Assembly (NCBI GenBank): GCA_938009905.1
Contig: CALLGK010000027.1
Span: 17,426 to 81,425, forward strand
Origin: an uncultured Acidimicrobiales bacterium
GTDB lineage: Bacteria > Actinomycetota > Acidimicrobiia > Acidimicrobiales > SZUA-35
DNA: 64,000 nt
Direction: 5' to 3'
The notes below the pieces were generated by a model. It was not told where the DNA came from and did no database searches. It saw only the letters and a list, made by a program, of their open reading frames with translations. Shown one piece after another: positions 1 through 9,572 of the stretch (the first letter of the stretch is position 1; each line of letters starts with the position of its first letter). A program made the translations under genes and the position numbers.

Positions 1-437
1 ACGACTTCGAAGAACAAGAAGAAGAGCAGCAGGTCGAGCGCCATGAAGACGCCCATGGACCCTGCCATCAGCAAGGTGAGCCAGATGTAGTACTGCTTCG
101 GGTCGTGGTGGGGTTCGGTGGCCAGAATCGCGATGGGGAACAACACGCCCGTCATCACGATGAGGAACAGCGAAATGCCGTCGACACCGAGGTTCCAGCT
201 GAGACCAAGGTCCTCAAGCCACACTCGGTTAACAGCGAACTGGAAGCCGGCATCGGTCTTGTCGAATGCGTTCAGCATCCAGACCGACATCGCGCCGGTG
301 ATGGTGGTGCCCACGAGAGCAGCGAGCTTGAGTTCGCTGTCGCGGTTCGCCGGAATCAGCATCAGGGCCAACACGGTGAGCAGTGGCGCAATGATCAGCG
401 CAGGGAGGATCGGGAAGGCAGCGGCGGCAATGATCAT
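1..437 (-). CDS. nuoM: NADH-quinone oxidoreductase subunit M, N-terminal part (gene continues beyond window edge)
   Basis: Own translation of minus strand from ATG 437-435 (ATGA overlap with nuoL stop): MIIAAAAFPILPALIIAPLL...WNLGVDGISLFLIVMTGVLFPIAILA...LLLFFLFFEV, typical antiporter-like NuoM N-terminus; follows nuoL in nuoA-N order. Confidence 0.8.
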   Translation of the reverse strand, partial: MIIAAAAFPILPALIIAPLLTVLALMLIPANRDSELKLAALVGTTITGAMSVWMLNAFDKTDAGFQFAVNRVWLEDLGLSWNLGVDGISLFLIVMTGVLFPIAILATEPHHDPKQYYIWLTLLMAGSMGVFMALDLLLFFLFFEV

Positions 438-2815
438 GATGCTCCCAGCCAAAGAACGGCGAGCATGAACAGGCCAACAACTGCGGAGGCCATCACGATC
501 AGAAGCGAGTACTGACGAACGAAGCCGGGTTGCAGCTTTCGAGCATTGGTTCCGATGCTCTGGACACCGGTTCCCACGCCCTCAACCGCTCCATCGACGA
601 CCTTCTTGTCGAGGAAGCTCAGGACGTCGAAGAGTTTCCGGCCCGGTCCGCCCATAAAGGCGGCGAGTGCGGTGTCCCAGGTGACGGCCAGTGCGAAGTT
701 CTTGTTTTCGATCTGCGCCGGATTGCCGCGTCCTCGGAGGTACACGCCAAAGGCCGTGACGATGGCGATCAGGCCAACGGCGATGGCAATGGCTGCCAGC
801 ACCCACTTCGTCTGTCCAGACGTTGAGAGATGGTGCTCGTTGCCGAACAGCGACGGCTCAAGCCAGTGCCCAAGGAAGTGCAAGTCTTTGGTGAACGGCA
901 GGTTGAGGCCACCGGCAACAGCTGCGAGGCCAGCCAGCACGACGAGCGGCATGGTCATCGTCCATGGCGACTCGTGAGGGTGGTACTCCTGGCGGTGCTG
1001 GTACGACTCGGGCAGACGGTCGGCAAACTCCTCGACGTCTGGCGCTGCAGAAGCTGCAGTCACGTATTCAGCCGGGCGTGGGGCTCGTGAGCGATCGCTC
1101 TCGGCCTCGGCAATCTTGCTTCGGGCCGCGTCGATGCCGACTTCTGCTTCGGTGAGTCCAGCGAGAGCTTCGGTGTGCTTCTCACGCGCCTTGGTGAGCG
1201 CTTTCTCGGCCTTGGGGATGCCCTTTTCGGCCTTGGTGAGAGCTTTGACCAGCTTGTCGTAGCCGTCTTCGCCTTCACTTGATGCGCCAACCGCAGCGGT
1301 GGCTTCGTCGAATGACACGCTCGCCGCAGCGAGGGCTTCTTCGCGCTTTGTCACATCGGCAAGCGCCTTTTCGACTGCCTCGTTGGCCGGGCCAACAGCA
1401 GCCTCAGCCTCTGTCGCGCCAGCCTCGGCATCGAGCACAGCCTGCACGAACGCGCCGTTGATCTCTTCTGGGGTCGGATCAAAGAAGCGTGTGCGACCGA
1501 AGAAGGTCAGGATAACTTGGCGGGTCATATAGAAGGCGGTGAGCAACGCCGTCACGAGGCCGATGATCCACAGACCGATGTTGGCGTCGTAGGCATAGAC
1601 AAGGATTTCGTCCTTGCTCCAGAACCCGCTGAACGGTGGGACACCGGCGATGGCAAGCCAGCCAACGATGAAGGTCATGGCCGTGATGGGCATGAATCGA
1701 GCGACACCGCCCATGCGTCGCATGTCTTGCTCATCGTGGAGACCGTGAATGACCGAGCCGGATCCGAGGAACAGCAGCGCCTTGAAGAAGGCATGGGTGA
1801 TCATGTGGAACATCGCGGGCACATAGCCCCCGACACCAACGGCCAAGAAGAGATAGCCAAGCTGCGAGACCGTCGAGTACGCCAACACCTTCTTGATGTC
1901 ATTTTGTGACACCGCAGCAAGGGCCGCGACCAACGCGGTGATCGCACCGATCCACGCAATAGTGGTGGGAGCCCACGAGTCGGCGGCAGCCAACACCGGA
2001 TTGAGGCGAGTGAGAAGGAACACGCCCGAGGTCACCATGGTGGCGGCGTGAATGAGAGCGGAAACAGGTGTTGGACCGGCCATGGCGTCTGGCAGCCAGA
2101 CGAAGAGCGGAATCTGTGCCGACTTACCGGCGGCAGCCAACATGAAGAGCATGACGGCGGCGGTCGCCACGCCGGTGCTGAGCTCGCCAGCCTGAGTCTC
2201 GGTGATGATGTCGGCGTAGCGGATGGAACCGATCGCGTTGAAGAGCAAGAACATGCCGAGCATGTAGCCAAAGTCGCCGATGCGGTTGGTGACGAACGCC
2301 TTCTTGCCGGCCGACGCGTTGGCGTCTTCCTTGAACCAGAACGAGATCAAGAAGTACGAACACGCACCCACGCCCTCCCAGCCCAGGAACGTCATGAGCA
2401 GGTTGTCGCCCAGCACCAGAACGAGCATTGAGGCAGCGAACAGGTTGAGGTAGAGGAAGAACTTCGAGAAGTTCGGATCGCCGTGCATGTAGCCGACGGA
2501 ATACAGATGAATCAGCGTGCCGACGCCAGTAATGAAGAGGCACATCGTGATCGAGAGCGGGTCGACAAGGAAGCCGACATCAACCGAGAACGAACCGGAC
2601 GGCACCCAGGTGAAGATCGTCTGGATGAAGAAGCGGTGGGCTTCGTCTTCGGCAAGCAGACCAGCGAAAACGACGAGCGTCGCCAGAAAGCTGAGAGCCA
2701 TCATGCCGGTGGCCAACCAGCCGGCGAGAGGTTCGCCTAACCGTCGGCCCAACAGGACCAGCAACATAAACCCGGCGAGCGGTAGCGCCGGGATGAGCCA
2801 TGCGGCTTCGAGCAT
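434..2815 (-). CDS. nuoL: NADH-quinone oxidoreductase subunit L (793 aa, with ~170-aa insertion between TM14 and TM15)
   Basis: ORF track 434..2815; antiporter-like motifs (WEGVGACSYFLISFW, GKSAQIPLFVWLPDAMAGPTPVSALIHAATMV, HAFFKALLFLGSG); HESP motif before TM15; gene order. Confidence 0.95.
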   Translation of the reverse strand: MLEAAWLIPALPLAGFMLLVLLGRRLGEPLAGWLATGMMALSFLATLVVFAGLLAEDEAHRFFIQTIFTWVPSGSFSVDVGFLVDPLSITMCLFITGVGTLIHLYSVGYMHGDPNFSKFFLYLNLFAASMLVLVLGDNLLMTFLGWEGVGACSYFLISFWFKEDANASAGKKAFVTNRIGDFGYMLGMFLLFNAIGSIRYADIITETQAGELSTGVATAAVMLFMLAAAGKSAQIPLFVWLPDAMAGPTPVSALIHAATMVTSGVFLLTRLNPVLAAADSWAPTTIAWIGAITALVAALAAVSQNDIKKVLAYSTVSQLGYLFLAVGVGGYVPAMFHMITHAFFKALLFLGSGSVIHGLHDEQDMRRMGGVARFMPITAMTFIVGWLAIAGVPPFSGFWSKDEILVYAYDANIGLWIIGLVTALLTAFYMTRQVILTFFGRTRFFDPTPEEINGAFVQAVLDAEAGATEAEAAVGPANEAVEKALADVTKREEALAAASVSFDEATAAVGASSEGEDGYDKLVKALTKAEKGIPKAEKALTKAREKHTEALAGLTEAEVGIDAARSKIAEAESDRSRAPRPAEYVTAASAAPDVEEFADRLPESYQHRQEYHPHESPWTMTMPLVVLAGLAAVAGGLNLPFTKDLHFLGHWLEPSLFGNEHHLSTSGQTKWVLAAIAIAVGLIAIVTAFGVYLRGRGNPAQIENKNFALAVTWDTALAAFMGGPGRKLFDVLSFLDKKVVDGAVEGVGTGVQSIGTNARKLQPGFVRQYSLLIVMASAVVGLFMLAVLWLGAS

Positions 2816-2818
2816 TCC

Positions 2819-3124
2819 CTAGCCCTTCAACTCGGCGAGATCGTCGACGGTGGCCGACGGACGGCGTCGCATCACGGCAACGACAATGGATAGACCGACA
2901 ACAACCTCAGCAGCTGCAACCACCAAGACGAAGAACACGGCCGTTTGACCGGCGAGATCGCGCAGGGCGGTGGAGAACGCAACAAAGCTGATGTTGACCG
3001 CGTTGAGCATGAGCTCGACGCACATAAACATGATGAGCGGATTGCGGCGCACAAGCAGGCCGGTCGCACCGATCGAGAAGAGCAATGCGCTCACCACGAG
3101 GTACCAGGTTTCGGTAACGATCAT
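2819..3124 (-). CDS. nuoK: NADH-quinone oxidoreductase subunit K
   Basis: 101-aa three-TM protein, ...[20 protein letters not shown]... typical NuoK; ATGA overlap with nuoJ stop. Confidence 0.95.
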   Translation of the reverse strand: MIVTETWYLVVSALLFSIGATGLLVRRNPLIMFMCVELMLNAVNISFVAFSTALRDLAGQTAVFFVLVVAAAEVVVGLSIVVAVMRRRPSATVDDLAELKG

Positions 3125-3711
3125 CGGCTAGCAGTTCCTGGTTCGTCGACGACGAGATCCTCGGCGCCACGGTTGCGGACCAGCACAACAGCGCCAACGG
3201 TGGCGATGGTGAGCAGGAGGCCGGTGGCTTCGAACGCCAGGATGTTACGCGTGAACAAGTCGTGGCCCAACTGGACGACGTCTTCTTCTTCGGTGAGCGG
3301 TACCACCTGGCCGGTTGAGCCGGTGATAGCAGCCTGGCCGTAGTCGCCTGCTTCGTCTCCGGTGCGTCCGGAAAGGAAGATGCCGCCCATGAGCATGGCG
3401 AAAATCATGACGCCTGAAAGCAGTGCGGAGACGCGCTGACCTTCGAACGGTTCTTCAGAGATGTCTTCTTCGCGATCGACACCCAGCAGCATGATCACGA
3501 ACAAGAACAGCACCACGATGGCGCCGCCGTAAACAACGATCTGCACCAGGGCCAAGAAGTGGGCACCCTGGCTGATGAACATGATCGCCACGCCAAAGAA
3601 CGAAGCGATGAGCGAGAGCGCAGCGTGCACTGGGTTGCGATAGAGAATGACGCCGAGCGCTCCGGCCAAGACGATCACTGTTGAGATGACGAAAACAACG
3701 ACGCCCGCCAT
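3121..3711 (-). CDS. nuoJ: NADH-quinone oxidoreductase subunit J
   Basis: 196-aa membrane protein, ...[51 protein letters not shown] typical NuoJ; position between nuoI and nuoK. Confidence 0.9.
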   Translation of the reverse strand: MAGVVVFVISTVIVLAGALGVILYRNPVHAALSLIASFFGVAIMFISQGAHFLALVQIVVYGGAIVVLFLFVIMLLGVDREEDISEEPFEGQRVSALLSGVMIFAMLMGGIFLSGRTGDEAGDYGQAAITGSTGQVVPLTEEEDVVQLGHDLFTRNILAFEATGLLLTIATVGAVVLVRNRGAEDLVVDEPGTASR

Positions 3712-4394
3712 CAGTGGTGACCTCCGTGATCATCGTGATCGTCAGCAGCTTCGACGGGAGCTGGGTCTTCGTGCTCTTGGCCCGCTTCGGGGGCACGAAC
3801 GCCGTATCCGAGCTCGCCCGACCAGGCGACGCGGTTTTCGTAGTCGGCCCGACCAGCGGGTGCGGTGGCTCGCATCCAACCCGAGGTGAACTGATCTTCA
3901 CCCGGGCGCCAGTCTTCCCACGGAAGGTTCTGTGGCTTGCCATCTTCGCCGACGAGCAGTTCGTCTTTGGTGTAGATGGCGTCGTCGCGATTGGTGAAGC
4001 TGAACTCGAACAGCTTCGTTTCGGTAATCGCTTCGGTCGGGCATGCCTCGACGCAAAGGTCGCAGTGGATGCACCGCAGATAGTTGATTTCGTAGACGAA
4101 GCCGAAGCGCTCACCAGGAGACTTGGGCTCTTCGGGCGGATTCTCGGCCCCGCGGACGTAGATGCACTTGGCCGGGCACACACCAGCGCACAGCTCACAG
4201 CCGATGCATTTCTCCATGCCGTCTTCGTACTTGTTGAGCACGTGGCGGCCGTGAGCCCGAGGCGGCTTTGGCCGCTTCTGGTCGGTCTCGGCTGGCGCTT
4301 CGCCCTTCTTGGCCTTGCCGGCGCGGTATTCCTTGGTGGTGACGCCTTCGCCCCACTTGCGGAGTGTGACGCCGAAACCTTCGAGATAGCCCAT
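3711..4394 (-). CDS. nuoI: NADH-quinone oxidoreductase subunit I (2x[4Fe-4S]) with acidic/His-rich C-terminal tail
   Basis: Two ferredoxin motifs CIGCELCAGVCP and CIHCDLCVEACP; start chosen at ATG 4394-4392 (MGYLEGFGVTLRKW, ATGA overlap with nuoH stop) rather than the 361-aa ORF-track start, whose N-terminus is Arg-rich non-protein-like. Confidence 0.9.
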   Translation of the reverse strand: MGYLEGFGVTLRKWGEGVTTKEYRAGKAKKGEAPAETDQKRPKPPRAHGRHVLNKYEDGMEKCIGCELCAGVCPAKCIYVRGAENPPEEPKSPGERFGFVYEINYLRCIHCDLCVEACPTEAITETKLFEFSFTNRDDAIYTKDELLVGEDGKPQNLPWEDWRPGEDQFTSGWMRATAPAGRADYENRVAWSGELGYGVRAPEAGQEHEDPAPVEAADDHDDHGGHH

Positions 4395-5713
4395 CAGTGA
4401 CCCGCCCCTTCGGTAGAGGAAACCGCGTGGGCGTTCTGAGCCGCCGGTGCGGGAACTGGTGTGAGGTGCAAGCCAGCTTCTTTGAGTCGCTCGTCTCGAG
4501 CGGTGTCCATTGCGGCTCGGAGCAGGGCCCAGCCGACGGCACCGAGAACAAGCGACGCGACAAGCACGAGCGCAACATTTGCGTTGGTGCTGTCGAAGAT
4601 GTTGAGGTCGCCGTTCTGGGCGATGCGGATGCCACCGAGCACGATGAGCCAAAGCAGCGACACGGGAATGAGTGCCTTCCAGCCAAGGTCCATCAGCTGG
4701 TCGTAGCGAAGACGAGGCAGCGTGGCTCGGAACCACACGAAGATGAAGAGGAAGATCAGCAGCTTGCCGAAGAAGAGCACGAAGCCACCGAACCAACCGA
4801 GCGTCGGCATGATGTCGATGAACGGGAAGTCGAACAGAGGCGCCGGGCCACCGAGGAACAGGGTGACGATGAGTCCGCCCATGGTGACCGTGTTCATGAA
4901 CTCGGCAAGGAAGAACAGAGCGAATCGGATCGAGCTGTACTCGGTGTGATAGCCGCCGACGATCTCCTGTTCGGCCTCAACGAGGTCGAAGGGAGGACGG
5001 TTCAGCTCGGCGGTGCCTGCAAGCAAGAACACGATGAACGGCACAAACCCGGTGGCGACGATGTTGAGCTGGCGAAGTGACCCGGACTGGGCCTGGACGA
5101 TCTCGTTCGTGCTCAAGGCGCCAGACACGAGAATGACGGCTGCAATCGACAGACCGAGAGCAGCTTCGTAGGAGATGGCTTGGGCCGAGGCTCGCACGGA
5201 GCCCAGCAGTGGGTACTTCGAGCCCGAGGACCAACCGGCCAGCATGATGCCGTAGATACCGAGCGAGCTCATGGCCAAGAAGAACAGGATGCCGCTGGGG
5301 ATGTCGGCCCCCTGCCACAGAAACTCACGACCGAAGATGGTGGACGAGCCAGCCGTACCGCTTTCCGACACGTTGGAGAAGTCGCCAGCGATGGGGACAA
5401 GCGTGAAGGTGAGGAACGCCGGAATCAGGGAGAGATAGGGGGCGAGCTGAAATACCTTGCGGTCGGCTCGCTCGGGAATCAGATCTTCCTTGAAGAAGAG
5501 CTTGATGCCGTCAGCCAGCGTCTGGAAGAGACCAAACGGACCAGCAATGTTCGGGCCGATGCGGTTCTGCAAGCGGCTGACGACTTTGCGCTCGAACCAC
5601 ACCATGAGCATCGTCGCGATGAGGCACAGCACGAACGAGATCAGCACGATGCCGAGCACGAGCAGTACGTCGCCGAAGTCGACGCCGTCGCGGAGGAATG
5701 GATGTCCACCCAT
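4394..5713 (-). CDS. nuoH: NADH-quinone oxidoreductase subunit H
   Basis: 439-aa polytopic protein; ...ERKVVSRLQNRIGPN..., GWSSGSKYPLLGSVRASAQAISYE, LNRPPFDLVEAEQEIVGGYHTEYS are NuoH/ND1 signatures. Confidence 0.95.
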   Translation of the reverse strand: MGGHPFLRDGVDFGDVLLVLGIVLISFVLCLIATMLMVWFERKVVSRLQNRIGPNIAGPFGLFQTLADGIKLFFKEDLIPERADRKVFQLAPYLSLIPAFLTFTLVPIAGDFSNVSESGTAGSSTIFGREFLWQGADIPSGILFFLAMSSLGIYGIMLAGWSSGSKYPLLGSVRASAQAISYEAALGLSIAAVILVSGALSTNEIVQAQSGSLRQLNIVATGFVPFIVFLLAGTAELNRPPFDLVEAEQEIVGGYHTEYSSIRFALFFLAEFMNTVTMGGLIVTLFLGGPAPLFDFPFIDIMPTLGWFGGFVLFFGKLLIFLFIFVWFRATLPRLRYDQLMDLGWKALIPVSLLWLIVLGGIRIAQNGDLNIFDSTNANVALVLVASLVLGAVGWALLRAAMDTARDERLKEAGLHLTPVPAPAAQNAHAVSSTEGAGH

Positions 5714-8133
5714 CAGCCGGCGTTCACCCTTACGTCAATGACGGCCGTCGAGGCCGACAGGAAGGTTCCAACGTCGAAGCCGTTCATGCGATACGGGACG
5801 TGCGCAACACCTCGTGGCACACCGGCCGAGGCCGAAACCTCGAGCTCGGCAGTTGCGCCACCGGGGCCAGTCACCGTGATCGTCGAGCCATCTTGCACGC
5901 CGAGGGCGTCAAAGTCGGCAGGAGAAAGAGCCAGCGTTGTGTCGGCGGCAAGGTGTGCCAACGATTGTGATTGCTGCACCATCGTGCCGAGATCCCAGAG
6001 CTTGCGGTCGACTACCAGTCGGAGACCGTAGCCGTCTACCGCCGGGACAGCGACAGAGGTCGCAGCGGCAATGTCGGCCAGGCTGGGTGTAACCGCATTT
6101 GTTGCCCCGAGCAGCGGGCCGTCACCACCGGCATCGATGTTTGACCAGTCGATGTCGGCGAAGGCCGGCATGGTGCTCGACAGCAGCGTCCGCACCTCGT
6201 CGAGGCTTGTGACGTTGAGGTCGTGGTCGAGCGCCGCGGCAAGCTCGGCGGCAATCATCCAGTCGGCTCGGCCTTGGCCGGGAGCCGTGACCTTCGCCCG
6301 CAACGGGCTGATGCGGCGTTCAAGGTTGACGAAGCTGCCGTCGACCTCACCAAAGGATGCGGCGGGAAGAATGACATCGGCCCGGGCTGACGACGCGGTC
6401 GCAAAGGTGTCGACGGCAACAAGGTTTTCGACCATGTCGAACGCCGAGCTAACGAGCGCGCGATCGGGAAAGTCGGCGAGTGGATCGGCGCCAAGCAAGA
6501 CGAGTGTTTCGACCTCGCCAGCAGCGGCGTCTTCCAGAATCTCTGTGGTGGTGCGACCGCGAGCCAGGCCCGTCTCGATCGCACCGTGGATGTTGCCGCG
6601 ACGCAGGGCCGGCAAAAACTTGGCCTCGGGAACGAGGCGATGAATGGCGGCCGCAGCCTTGGTGATCAGACCAGGATCTTCCGCCAGGTTGGTCCGACCA
6701 ATCACAACGGTGACAGGACGCCCTGACCCAAGCAGCTTGGCTGCCATCGCCAGCTCGGCGGCATCAACACCGCCGACGGTTTCGCTGGTGGTACCGGCGG
6801 CGACAGCTTCGGCGACATCGTCGATGGTTCCCGGCAGCGCGTGCAGCTTGGCCTTGGCGAAGCGGCTCAGGCCCGTGGCCCTCGCCGTCATCTCGATGAG
6901 CGACGCGCCGTCTTCGACCGCTGCGTGACGGAGCCGCAGATACAGCGTCGGCAGTTCTTCTTTGAGGTCGCCGCTGAGCAGTACGACAACACCACCGGGT
7001 GCGGCAGCTTCGGCGATGGTGGCGCGAGGAAGGCTCTGAATCAGCTCGGTCTCGAGACCATCGCCAATCTGAGGATCGGCATCACGCACGCCAAGCGCGT
7101 CGAGCAGCGTCGACCACATGAACTGGCCTTCCACCGGCAGGCGAGCGCCTCCGATGACACCAATGAGCGAGGGGTCAGCCTGCAGAGCCTCCGCAGCAAA
7201 AGCTGCTGCATCGGCCCACCGGGCCGTTGCGAACTCGCCTGACTCTGAACGAACCAGCGGATCGGTGAGGCGTTCTTCTGAACCGTTGGCCTCGTAGGTG
7301 AAGCGTTCCTTGTCGGACAGCCAGCTCCAGTTGACGGCATCGGAGTCGACGCCAAGCACGCGGACGAGTTCGTCGCGTGATGACTGAAGAACCACTCGGG
7401 CGCCGGTGGAGTCGACAACGGCGGTCGATTCGTTTTCGGCCAAGTCCCAGGGGCGGGCCTTGAACCGGTACGGCTCGGCCGTAAGGGCACCAACCGGGCA
7501 GATCTGCACGGTGTTGCCGCTGAAGTATGACGAGAACGGCTCGTCGGGAAAGGTGTTGACCTGCGTCTCGTTGCCTCGGTCGATGAAGTGAATCAGCGGG
7601 TCGCCTGCCACATCGGAAGCAAAGCGGGTGCAGCGATCGCACAAGATGCAACGCTCACGGTCGAGGTAGACCAGATCGCTGATCGGGATTGGCTTTTCGT
7701 AGTGACGCTTCTCTTCAACGAAGCGACTCTCGCCAGGCCCGTAGGCAACCGTTTGGTCTTGCAACGGACACTCGCCACCCTTGTCACAGACCGGACAATC
7801 GAGCGGGTGGTTCACCAGCAACAGGTCGAGGATGCCCTCTTGTGCTCGCTGGGTCTGGTCGCTCTCGGTGTCGACGATCATGTCGGGAGCAGCGGTGATC
7901 ATGCATGCCGGCTCAAGACGAGCACCGCGGCCACGGTCGACGTCGACGAGGCACATCCGGCACATGCCGACGGACTTCATCCGCGGGTGGTAGCAGAACC
8001 GAGGGATGTAGACGCCGTGACGCTCAGCAGCGTCAATCAGCAACTCGCCAGGGTTGGCTTCGACGGTTGCGCCGTTGATCGTGAACGAGATTCCGGGAGG
8101 AGCCTCTGCTTGTTCGTTGGCGGTATCGGTCAC
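5713..8133 (-). CDS. nuoG: NADH-quinone oxidoreductase subunit G (75-kDa Fe-S subunit)
   Basis: N-terminal 2Fe-2S/4Fe-4S motifs (CYHPRMKSVGMCRMCLVDV; HPLDCPVCDKGGECPLQD; CILCDRCTRF), molybdopterin-like C-terminal domain; GTGA overlap with nuoF stop. Confidence 0.95.
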   Translation of the reverse strand: MTDTANEQAEAPPGISFTINGATVEANPGELLIDAAERHGVYIPRFCYHPRMKSVGMCRMCLVDVDRGRGARLEPACMITAAPDMIVDTESDQTQRAQEGILDLLLVNHPLDCPVCDKGGECPLQDQTVAYGPGESRFVEEKRHYEKPIPISDLVYLDRERCILCDRCTRFASDVAGDPLIHFIDRGNETQVNTFPDEPFSSYFSGNTVQICPVGALTAEPYRFKARPWDLAENESTAVVDSTGARVVLQSSRDELVRVLGVDSDAVNWSWLSDKERFTYEANGSEERLTDPLVRSESGEFATARWADAAAFAAEALQADPSLIGVIGGARLPVEGQFMWSTLLDALGVRDADPQIGDGLETELIQSLPRATIAEAAAPGGVVVLLSGDLKEELPTLYLRLRHAAVEDGASLIEMTARATGLSRFAKAKLHALPGTIDDVAEAVAAGTTSETVGGVDAAELAMAAKLLGSGRPVTVVIGRTNLAEDPGLITKAAAAIHRLVPEAKFLPALRRGNIHGAIETGLARGRTTTEILEDAAAGEVETLVLLGADPLADFPDRALVSSAFDMVENLVAVDTFATASSARADVILPAASFGEVDGSFVNLERRISPLRAKVTAPGQGRADWMIAAELAAALDHDLNVTSLDEVRTLLSSTMPAFADIDWSNIDAGGDGPLLGATNAVTPSLADIAAATSVAVPAVDGYGLRLVVDRKLWDLGTMVQQSQSLAHLAADTTLALSPADFDALGVQDGSTITVTGPGGATAELEVSASAGVPRGVAHVPYRMNGFDVGTFLSASTAVIDVRVNAG

Positions 8134-9572
8134 GATGCCCCAATTCCCTTGAGTTCGACGGGCACGGCGCCAACGGGTGACGCAACAGGATCGTCGTCGC
8201 TCACTTCACGCACCCGATCACGGAACTCTTCAGGGAAGAGCGTGAGGGCGGAGTGGACGGGAGCAAAAGCTGATGGTCCGACGAAGCAGATCGTGGTCAT
8301 GCCGTAGGGGAAGGGCTTCGCTTCGAGGCCAAGGCGCTCAGAGGCGGCATGCGGGAACTCGCCGGGACAGATGGTTTCGCCAACTTCGAGCAGCATCTCG
8401 AGATCGCGGGTGGTGCCGTGACCATCGACGATGCGACCGAGGATGCGCTCAAGCCAGGTGCCACCTTCGCGACACGGCACGCACTTGCCGCACGACTCGT
8501 GGGCATAGAAGCGGGTGAGGCTGTGGGCAGCTTTGGGAATGTCGGTGGTGTCGTCCATCACCATGATGGCGCCAGACCCGAGCATCGAACCGGCTGGGCC
8601 GACCTGGCTGGCCTCGAACGGAAGATCGAGTTGATCGGGGAGGAACCACGGGGCAGAACCACCGCCTGGCACGAAGGCCTTCAGCGTGCGCCCTTCGCGC
8701 ATACCGCCGCAGTAGTCATCGCCGAAGATCAAGTCTCTGAAGGTCGTTGTGCCGTTGATGATCTCGTAGACACCGGGCCGCTTCACATGACCAGACACCG
8801 CAACCATGCGGGTGCCGGGTGACGTCTCGGTACCAATGGCCCGGTAGGCCTCGGCTCCGTTGGTGGCAATCCACGGCAGGTTGGCGAGCGTCTCGACGTT
8901 GTTGACAATCGTCGGCTTGCCATAGAGGCCGATGGCGGCCGGGAAGTACGGCGGCTTGAGCCGCGGCATGCCACGGTTGCCTTCGAGGCTCTCAATGAGG
9001 GCGGTCTCTTCGCCAACGACGTAGGCGCCGGCGCCCCAATGCAACACGATGTCGAGGCTGAAATCGGTGCCAAGAATGTTGCGACCGACATACCCAGCTT
9101 CGTAGGCGTCGTTGAGGGCGGCCGCGATGCGCTCCTGGGCAACGGCCATCTCGCCTCGCACGTAGAGGAAGCAACGACTGAGACCAACGGCGTAAGACGC
9201 GATCAGGCAACCTTCGATCAGCTGATGCGGATCGAGCTCCATGAGCAGGCGGTCTTTGTAGGTGCCCGGCTCGGACTCGTCACCGTTGACGACGAGGTAG
9301 CGGGGCCACACATCTTTGGGCATGAAGCCCCACTTGACGCCGGCCGGAAAGCCAGCGCCGCCGCGGCCGAGCACGGTGGCTTCGGTGATCTGGGCGTGAA
9401 CCTCTTCTGGCTTCTTCTTCAACGCGGCGCGAATACCTTCGTAGCCGCCGGTTGCCAGGTAGCCAACGAGGGTGTGGCTGTCTTCAACGTCGAAGCGCGA
9501 CGTGACGATCTTTGGCGTGTCGTTGGCAACAAAGCCCGCGGCGCGCTCGATCTCTTTCCCGCCCAGCGTCAT
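8130..9572 (-). CDS. nuoF: NADH-quinone oxidoreductase subunit F (NADH/FMN-binding)
   Basis: GRGGAGFPAGVKW FMN/NADH motif, ESCGKCVPCREG 4Fe-4S motif; start set at ATG 9572-9570 (ATGA overlap with nuoE stop); ORF-track start 9605 also possible. Confidence 0.9.
   Translation of the reverse strand: MTLGGKEIERAAGFVANDTPKIVTSRFDVEDSHTLVGYLATGGYEGIRAALKKKPEEVHAQITEATVLGRGGAGFPAGVKWGFMPKDVWPRYLVVNGDESEPGTYKDRLLMELDPHQLIEGCLIASYAVGLSRCFLYVRGEMAVAQERIAAALNDAYEAGYVGRNILGTDFSLDIVLHWGAGAYVVGEETALIESLEGNRGMPRLKPPYFPAAIGLYGKPTIVNNVETLANLPWIATNGAEAYRAIGTETSPGTRMVAVSGHVKRPGVYEIINGTTTFRDLIFGDDYCGGMREGRTLKAFVPGGGSAPWFLPDQLDLPFEASQVGPAGSMLGSGAIMVMDDTTDIPKAAHSLTRFYAHESCGKCVPCREGGTWLERILGRIVDGHGTTRDLEMLLEVGETICPGEFPHAASERLGLEAKPFPYGMTTICFVGPSAFAPVHSALTLFPEEFRDRVREVSDDDPVASPVGAVPVELKGIGAS

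Noticed and set aside
3711-4796. Long 5' extensions in the ORF track for nuoI (361 aa), nuoC (11557..12810, 417 aa), the RsiG-like gene (44706..45578), the flavodoxin-like gene (52005..53135), hemL (to 24546) and the lipoprotein (to 49133)
   Set aside because: The extended parts overlap the upstream gene by hundreds of nt and are Arg-rich nonsense. In each case an internal ATG or GTG sits exactly at a 1-nt or 4-nt overlap with the upstream stop, or right after it, followed by the family-typical N-terminus.
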